62,183 nucleotides of DNA from a virus (lineage: Duplodnaviria; Caudoviricetes), in IMG/VR virus record IMGVR_UViG_3300025141_016207, positions 1 through 62,183 of that record, one strand, 5' to 3'. The notes under the pieces are model-generated. The model did not search any database. It was not told where the DNA came from and was given only the letters and a program-made list of their open reading frames with translations. The translations under genes and the position numbers were made by a program. This document shows positions 57,230 to 62,183 of the stretch, in pieces. The first letter of the stretch is position 1. Each line of letters opens with the position of its first letter.

Positions 57230-58471
57230 CTACAAAACCATTACTCTTGGTTCGTTGGCAATATCCTGCGCGGGGGTGATAACATTGATAAACTTTTCAT
57301 ATTGATTTTCCTCGGAATGAGTTTTTAAAATATGTTTTTGAAGTCGTTTGGCAGTTGCTTTAAACCTTCCATAATCTTTTTGGAACTCCCTTAGCTTCAT
57401 TTTAAAGGATCCCTCTTTGGGGAATGCCCACATTGACTCCTTCTGAAGGACTCCCTTCCAAATCGCCTCTTTTTGAATGGGCTGAAGATCATAATCAACT
57501 TTGCAAAAATGTGGTTTTATTTTTGTCAAACCTTTTTTGCTCTTTTTAGCTGCATAAAGGTAGTCTACCTGACCAGACCAATCGGTGGTAATTACTGGTA
57601 GCCCATGATACGCCGCTTCAAAGATCGGCAAGCCAAACCCCTCACCGTGAGAAAGGTTAATCAATCCCTTTATCTTCGAATTGGTATAAATTGAATTCAT
57701 TTGTTTTTCAGTGAGATATCCATGTAACAAGTACACCTTGCACAGCCTATCCTTATAGCCTGCCAACATCGACTTGAATGCCTTTAGAGTTAAATCACGG
57801 TCAATTTGACAATTTTTTGCTAAATTGGTTTTTACAACTAAACCAACATTCTTATCAATATTTTCTTCGACAAACCATCTTATAGTATTATGAAGATTTT
57901 TTCGTGGTCCCCATTGCGAAATAGTTAAAAAGTTGAAATCTGTACTTAAATTTAAATCTATACTATCAACTTGTGTTCTGTGTGAACGAACGGGAAAATT
58001 TACAACTTCAATTGGCTTTCCAATTTTAATCACTTGACCGGTTTGTTGGTTGGTATAAAAACTGCTCTCAAAAACATTCTTTGAGTGGTTGGAAGGAACG
58101 ATCAGTTTATCTACTATTTGATTGGATTTTAAAATCCATTCGGGAGCGACCTTGGTACTTTCAATGCCAGCAGTATATCCAATATCCCGCAGTGCCATCT
58201 TTTCAAATTCATTGGGGATGGTAATCTGAATAGAGATATCAAACCTTCCTTGTTGTTTGATATATTGCATGGTTTTTGAAAGAAGTTCGTCATACCATGC
58301 GCGTTCTTCATTGTCTTCGATTATATGATTGGTTTTACCCCACCCAATATTAATTAAAAATATATCAAAAAGGTCTTGACGACTTTTAAGCGCTCTTAGA
58401 GCAAAACGAGTTTGTTCGCCATAGCCGCTTTGTGATAATGCCGGTCCCTTAACAATTACCTTTTGTTTCAT
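57230..58471 (-). CDS. GT4-family glycosyltransferase
   Basis: SQSGYGEQTR, QWGPRKN, SHGEGFGLPIFEAAYHGLPVITTDWSG. Confidence 0.9.
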   Translation of the reverse strand: MKQKVIVKGPALSQSGYGEQTRFALRALKSRQDLFDIFLINIGWGKTNHIIEDNEERAWYDELLSKTMQYIKQQGRFDISIQITIPNEFEKMALRDIGYTAGIESTKVAPEWILKSNQIVDKLIVPSNHSKNVFESSFYTNQQTGQVIKIGKPIEVVNFPVRSHRTQVDSIDLNLSTDFNFLTISQWGPRKNLHNTIRWFVEENIDKNVGLVVKTNLAKNCQIDRDLTLKAFKSMLAGYKDRLCKVYLLHGYLTEKQMNSIYTNSKIKGLINLSHGEGFGLPIFEAAYHGLPVITTDWSGQVDYLYAAKKSKKGLTKIKPHFCKVDYDLQPIQKEAIWKGVLQKESMWAFPKEGSFKMKLREFQKDYGRFKATAKRLQKHILKTHSEENQYEKFINVITPAQDIANEPRVMVL

Positions 58472-59784
58472 AGTTCAAATATTCCCCAAGATTTATAATT
58501 CTTTCTCGTATCCCACGCACCATTTTCTTCTACCACTTCATCAACAAATTCAACCCAAGCAGCATTAAAAACTTCAAAACCATAATTTTTCTTCACATGC
58601 TCTCTGCCTTGTTGACCTATTTGTTGTCTTTTTTCAGAAGACATCTTAAACATTTTTAACAATGCATTAACGACATCATCTTCATTAAGTCTTTCTTCGC
58701 GAATAAAAGGAATGTCTTGTGAGCCAATAATCGCTCGCGAAGCAGGTTCGATTCCAATGCCGAACCACTTCTCACCATCTGTGACCTGTTCCTGAAGACC
58801 ACCCGTCATAGAAACAATAATAGGAGTGCCGCACGATAATGCCTCAAGAGTTGCCAAGCCGAACCCTTCTGCGTCAGAAATGTTTATTACAACATCGGCA
58901 GCGTTATACAGCAACGCCAACGCATGTGGTGGAACTTTTTCGCGTGAAAATTTGACTTGCCCGTCTGTAAGCCCAAGTTCTGTAATTATTGCATCCAAGT
59001 CCTGACCATTGGGATCTTTAGTATCTGTATGCATAACGAGGAGAGCTTTATCATGTCCAACTTTATCTAGAAACTTTTTAAACCAAAATATTAAACTGCC
59101 GGATTGTTTTCGTCGTGCATTTCTATTGTTCCACACAACAATAAACTTGTCCACATCTTCCTTAAAATTATCTTGCTTAAACTGTGTAATTACATTGGGA
59201 GGGAGTGGCTTAAAAAGTTCCTCGGGAACAGCGTGAGGAATGCGGAGGTGTTTTACTTCAGGAGCAACCTTTGTTACAATATCCGCAGTTACTTTACTAA
59301 TGCTGGCAATGGCATCATTTGATTGATAAAACTTTTTATTAAAAGTTGGATAAGGATAATTATCCCAAACATGATAATATATCAAGGGACAATGATATCT
59401 AATTTCTTCTTCTATCTCCCACAACCAGTGCCAGAAACGAGGATCCGTCATAATCCAAACTGCGGCTGGGCGCTCTGTGCGAACTGCTTGTCTGATTAAA
59501 TCTGGCGTTCCATACCCATCGATTGGAATAACAAGTAAATCATCCTCATACTCTTGTGTTTTTACGGGAGTATAATCTTTATGTTTAACGGCACCGCCGA
59601 GACAGATAAATTTATATCTTCCCGTATTAAGGAGGGCCTCAATAAAATATTTTGTTTGTGTGCCAACTCCGCTGGGTGAAAAGGGATGATCAGAAATTAC
59701 AAGAATTTTTTTCTTGGCGATGGCTGGAGTATCTTTTTGTGTTTCCGAAAAATCCTTGGAAAGGGGTAATAATTCAATTGTCAT
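58468..59784 (-). CDS. GT4-family glycosyltransferase
   Basis: ISDHP..PSGVGTQ, NRNARRKQ, SDAEGFGLATLEALSCGTPII..TGGLQEQV. Confidence 0.9.
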   Translation of the reverse strand: MTIELLPLSKDFSETQKDTPAIAKKKILVISDHPFSPSGVGTQTKYFIEALLNTGRYKFICLGGAVKHKDYTPVKTQEYEDDLLVIPIDGYGTPDLIRQAVRTERPAAVWIMTDPRFWHWLWEIEEEIRYHCPLIYYHVWDNYPYPTFNKKFYQSNDAIASISKVTADIVTKVAPEVKHLRIPHAVPEELFKPLPPNVITQFKQDNFKEDVDKFIVVWNNRNARRKQSGSLIFWFKKFLDKVGHDKALLVMHTDTKDPNGQDLDAIITELGLTDGQVKFSREKVPPHALALLYNAADVVINISDAEGFGLATLEALSCGTPIIVSMTGGLQEQVTDGEKWFGIGIEPASRAIIGSQDIPFIREERLNEDDVVNALLKMFKMSSEKRQQIGQQGREHVKKNYGFEVFNAAWVEFVDEVVEENGAWDTRKNYKSWGIFEL

Positions 59785-59791
59785 CTAATAC

Positions 59792-60574
59792 CTATGGGCA
59801 ATGTTCCGTTCGATGGAACTCACACTTGGAACAAGAAATGCGATTCTTAACGTGATTTCCACGATTTATATTGTACAAAGCTTTTTTCATTAAGTTAAGG
59901 GCATTTTTTGTTTTTTTCGCACCACTCGTGACGCGAAATAGCTCAACACGATCTCCAGGCTTTCCAGTGCGCTTTAAAAGACAAAAATGGGTTTCCACAT
60001 CTTGCGGGTCGCAGCCAACCTTCTGTGCCCAATAGTGTTTATAAAGTGTAAGCTGGTATGTGACCATCGGGTCCGACCGCTTCTTCATGTCCCAGCCCCA
60101 CGAACAAGATTTATAATCAATAACGTGGCACTTGCCGTCAGGCGTCTGAACAACCAGATCAATAAAGCCCTTGAACTTGTAATCATTCTCAGTGAATTCG
60201 GTAATGCTTTCCATCAAAGTGTCTTCAGCTTTTACAAATTTGAAATCATGCCCAAAATAATCCGTAAAAGAATCATCAAGCTCGGTTAAAATTTCAAGAC
60301 CCTGTTGGTAAAAGTCTTTAATCTTTTTACCATCGACAAAAATATTCTTCTTCTCTAGAGATTTTAGTTCTTTACGCAGAACCTCTCCAAAGAAAAAGTC
60401 TTTGTCAATCTCCTTGTTCGTTTCGAAATACTTTTCACACACAGCGTGAATAGCAAGCCCGAAAGCCGTAAAAACGTTTCCTTGAAAATTACGAATACGA
60501 TCCTCATATGCGAGTTTTCTCGCATAGGGACAGAAATTCCACTTCGCCAACTCTGAAAAAGAAATGTGAGACAT
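59792..60574 (-). CDS. PD-(D/E)XK exonuclease, Cas4/AddB-like with a putative Fe-S cluster
   Basis: ISFSEL..FCP, FGLAIH, GFIDLV..VIDYKS, YQLTLY, C-terminal CSKCEF....HCP (1+3 Cys). Confidence 0.85.
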   Translation of the reverse strand: MSHISFSELAKWNFCPYARKLAYEDRIRNFQGNVFTAFGLAIHAVCEKYFETNKEIDKDFFFGEVLRKELKSLEKKNIFVDGKKIKDFYQQGLEILTELDDSFTDYFGHDFKFVKAEDTLMESITEFTENDYKFKGFIDLVVQTPDGKCHVIDYKSCSWGWDMKKRSDPMVTYQLTLYKHYWAQKVGCDPQDVETHFCLLKRTGKPGDRVELFRVTSGAKKTKNALNLMKKALYNINRGNHVKNRISCSKCEFHRTEHCP

Positions 60575-60593
60575 TTACCCTCCTTATGACTCT

Positions 60594-60622
60594 ATTATAC
60601 CAACTTTTAAATTAAAAATCAA
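60594..60622 (-). promoter_or_regulatory. Sigma70-like promoter (extended -10) heading the nuclease-glycan operon
   Basis: TTGATT-17 nt-TATAAT with TG one base before the -10 box; followed by an AAGGAGG SD. Confidence 0.7.
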
Positions 60623-60888
60623 GCTTTTCTTGCTAATTCTGATTCATGAACGGCTTCTTCATAGCCTTTTATAAAATTTTCTTTGGCGATAACCAAAAGA
60701 AACTCGGGGAATTCTTCAGCGAAGACAGAAACAACGTCATCAACAGTGACCTCATTATTGTCGGGATTAATTTTTTCACCCACATATTCTATAACCATCT
60801 CTCTTAATTTAGAATCTGTTTTATTAATAATTAGATTTTTTGTATCGTCGAGAGATTGGAAATATTCTTTTTCTGTTATAGTTTTCAT
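60619..60888 (-). CDS. Hypothetical protein
   Basis: 89 aa, GAGG SD, fills the gap between the nuclease and phoH. Confidence 0.65.
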   Translation of the reverse strand: MKTITEKEYFQSLDDTKNLIINKTDSKLREMVIEYVGEKINPDNNEVTVDDVVSVFAEEFPEFLLVIAKENFIKGYEEAVHESELARKA

Positions 60889-60897
60889 TTTTTTTCC

Positions 60898-62183
60898 TCA
60901 AAGTATTTTGGCTGCCAGTGTTGCAACCTTTGAACGCTCACCTTTAATCAATTTGATATGACCTGACAGTTCATAAGGTTTTAATCTTTCAAAGGCGTGT
61001 GTCAAGCCGTTAGAGCGAGAATCTAAATAAATATTATCAATTTGTTCGATGTCGCCGGTCAAGACGATCTTCGTATTCTCGCCCACTCTGGTTATTATAG
61101 TCTTTAATTCGTGCGCTGTTAAATTTTGTGCTTCATCAATAATAATAAATGCATTACTGATAGAACGACCACGAATATAGGTAATAGCTTCTACCTCTAT
61201 CACCCCCTTAGAAAAATAAAGTGCCATCGCTTCTTTATCATCGTTCATGAGGAACTGGAGATTGTCTTTTATAGGCGCAATCCACGGAGACATTTTATCT
61301 TCCATAGTCCCCGGTAAATATCCCAAGTCTTTTCCCATTGGTTGAATGGGTCTGGAAATCAATACCTTTTTGTATCTCGGCTCAGACTTGCCCGATAAAT
61401 CTATTGTTTGTTGTAGTCCTGCTGCTATTGCTAAAAGAGTTTTGCCGCAGCCTGCTTGTCCAACCATAGAAACAATTTTGATAGCGGGATCTAATAACAA
61501 ATTCAGAGCAAAAGTCTGTTCCTTGTTGCGCGGCTGCACTTCCCAGATACCCCTTTTGTGGTCGATGACGCGGCGGAGGGGCTTGTTATAATTAATAAAC
61601 ATAGCCAAGGCTGTCTTCTTTTCGTTAGACGATGAGACAAGCATTACAAACTGATTTGGAAAAAACTTACCCTTGTCCTGTTCAATAAAAATCTCTTCGC
61701 CAGAATAAAATTGGTCAATAACTTCTTCGTCTACCAAGTGTTTTGTAAACCCAGAATAAAAAGCGGCTTTTTCTTTTATTACTTGGTTCTCGCTGTAATC
61801 TTGACAATCTAAGCCAATCGCATCACATCGAACACGGAGATTGATGTCCAGAGAAACAATCACCACCTTACGGAGTGGGGCACTTTTTTGTTCGCCAAGA
61901 GCAGCCGCAATAATAATATTGTCGGCGTCCCTTCGATCCATGTTAGATGGAAGTAGAGAAGTATCGCTGGAAACGGCTCTAATAATGCCAAGCCCCTTTC
62001 CAATACGGACACCTTTGTGAAGATTGCCCCTTGCTCTAAGCTCGTCTAAAAGACGTATAGCGTGGCGAGCATTTGCGCCAACTCCGTCTTGTCTCTTTTT
62101 GTGTTTGTCTATCTCTTCCAAAACCTTTATCGGAAGGATGATGTCATTTCTGCCAAATTTTTTAAAGCAATGAGCATCTGTTA
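60898..62183 (-). CDS. phoH: PIN-PhoH (PhoH2-type) protein; 5' end lies beyond the window
   Basis: Frame stays open to the edge (TDAHALKKFGRNDIILPIKVLEEID, PIN-like); ADNIII, SLDINLR; Walker A GQAGCGKT, LGYLPG, RGRS, IIDEAQN, GDIEQID. Confidence 0.92.
   Translation of the reverse strand, partial: TDAHCFKKFGRNDIILPIKVLEEIDKHKKRQDGVGANARHAIRLLDELRARGNLHKGVRIGKGLGIIRAVSSDTSLLPSNMDRRDADNIIIAAALGEQKSAPLRKVVIVSLDINLRVRCDAIGLDCQDYSENQVIKEKAAFYSGFTKHLVDEEVIDQFYSGEEIFIEQDKGKFFPNQFVMLVSSSNEKKTALAMFINYNKPLRRVIDHKRGIWEVQPRNKEQTFALNLLLDPAIKIVSMVGQAGCGKTLLAIAAGLQQTIDLSGKSEPRYKKVLISRPIQPMGKDLGYLPGTMEDKMSPWIAPIKDNLQFLMNDDKEAMALYFSKGVIEVEAITYIRGRSISNAFIIIDEAQNLTAHELKTIITRVGENTKIVLTGDIEQIDNIYLDSRSNGLTHAFERLKPYELSGHIKLIKGERSKVATLAAKIL

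Noticed and set aside
59792-60574. Cas4-like gene as evidence of a CRISPR-Cas system
   Set aside because: No cas1/cas2 and no repeat-spacer array; no intergenic gap in the window exceeds about 100 nt
623-61591. Numerous plus-strand ORFs of 60-182 aa in the track (e.g. 14041-14589, 26460-26909, 45032-45502)
   Set aside because: All lie antisense to long, motif-bearing minus-strand genes and show no recognisable motifs; treated as shadow ORFs
1-62183. Stop-codon reassignment as seen in some large phages
   Set aside because: Genes tile the window almost without gaps in the standard code, and TAA, TAG (e.g. 10327) and TGA (e.g. 8346) all end genes at sensible boundaries

Overview
Gene-dense segment of a large, apparently uncultured, myovirus-like dsDNA phage. 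About 50 genes lie on the minus strand in the standard genetic code; I saw no tRNA, CRISPR array or IS element. In transcription order (high to low coordinates): (1) PIN-PhoH, a small hypothetical and a Cas4/AddB-like PD-(D/E)XK nuclease; (2) a ~20 kb glycan island (40051-59784) with three GT4 domains, two short NeuB nonulosonate synthases, a NeuA-like cytidylyltransferase, three Cst/GT42-Maf-like sialyltransferase-fold domains (one fused to a GT4), two SDRs, a TIM-barrel epimerase, a cupin, a HAD phosphatase, five methyltransferases and four PhyH-like Fe/2OG dioxygenases; (3) an FmdB zinc ribbon and a gp55-like late sigma factor; (4) a ~31 kb baseplate/tail block (split gp5-like hub with an SLT domain, gp25, gp6, DNRLRE and LamG proteins, several >1200-aa proteins); (5) a RuvC-like resolvase, a primase and a fused SbcD-SbcC; (6) a holin/spanin-like membrane trio and a myxobacterial-type Cys-rich beta-propeller lipoprotein that the ORF track missed. 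The best candidate for an undescribed system is the phage-encoded, largely duplicated pathway to make, activate, tailor and transfer a sialic-acid-like (possibly KDN-type) sugar. All family calls come from recognising motifs by eye; no database search was run.
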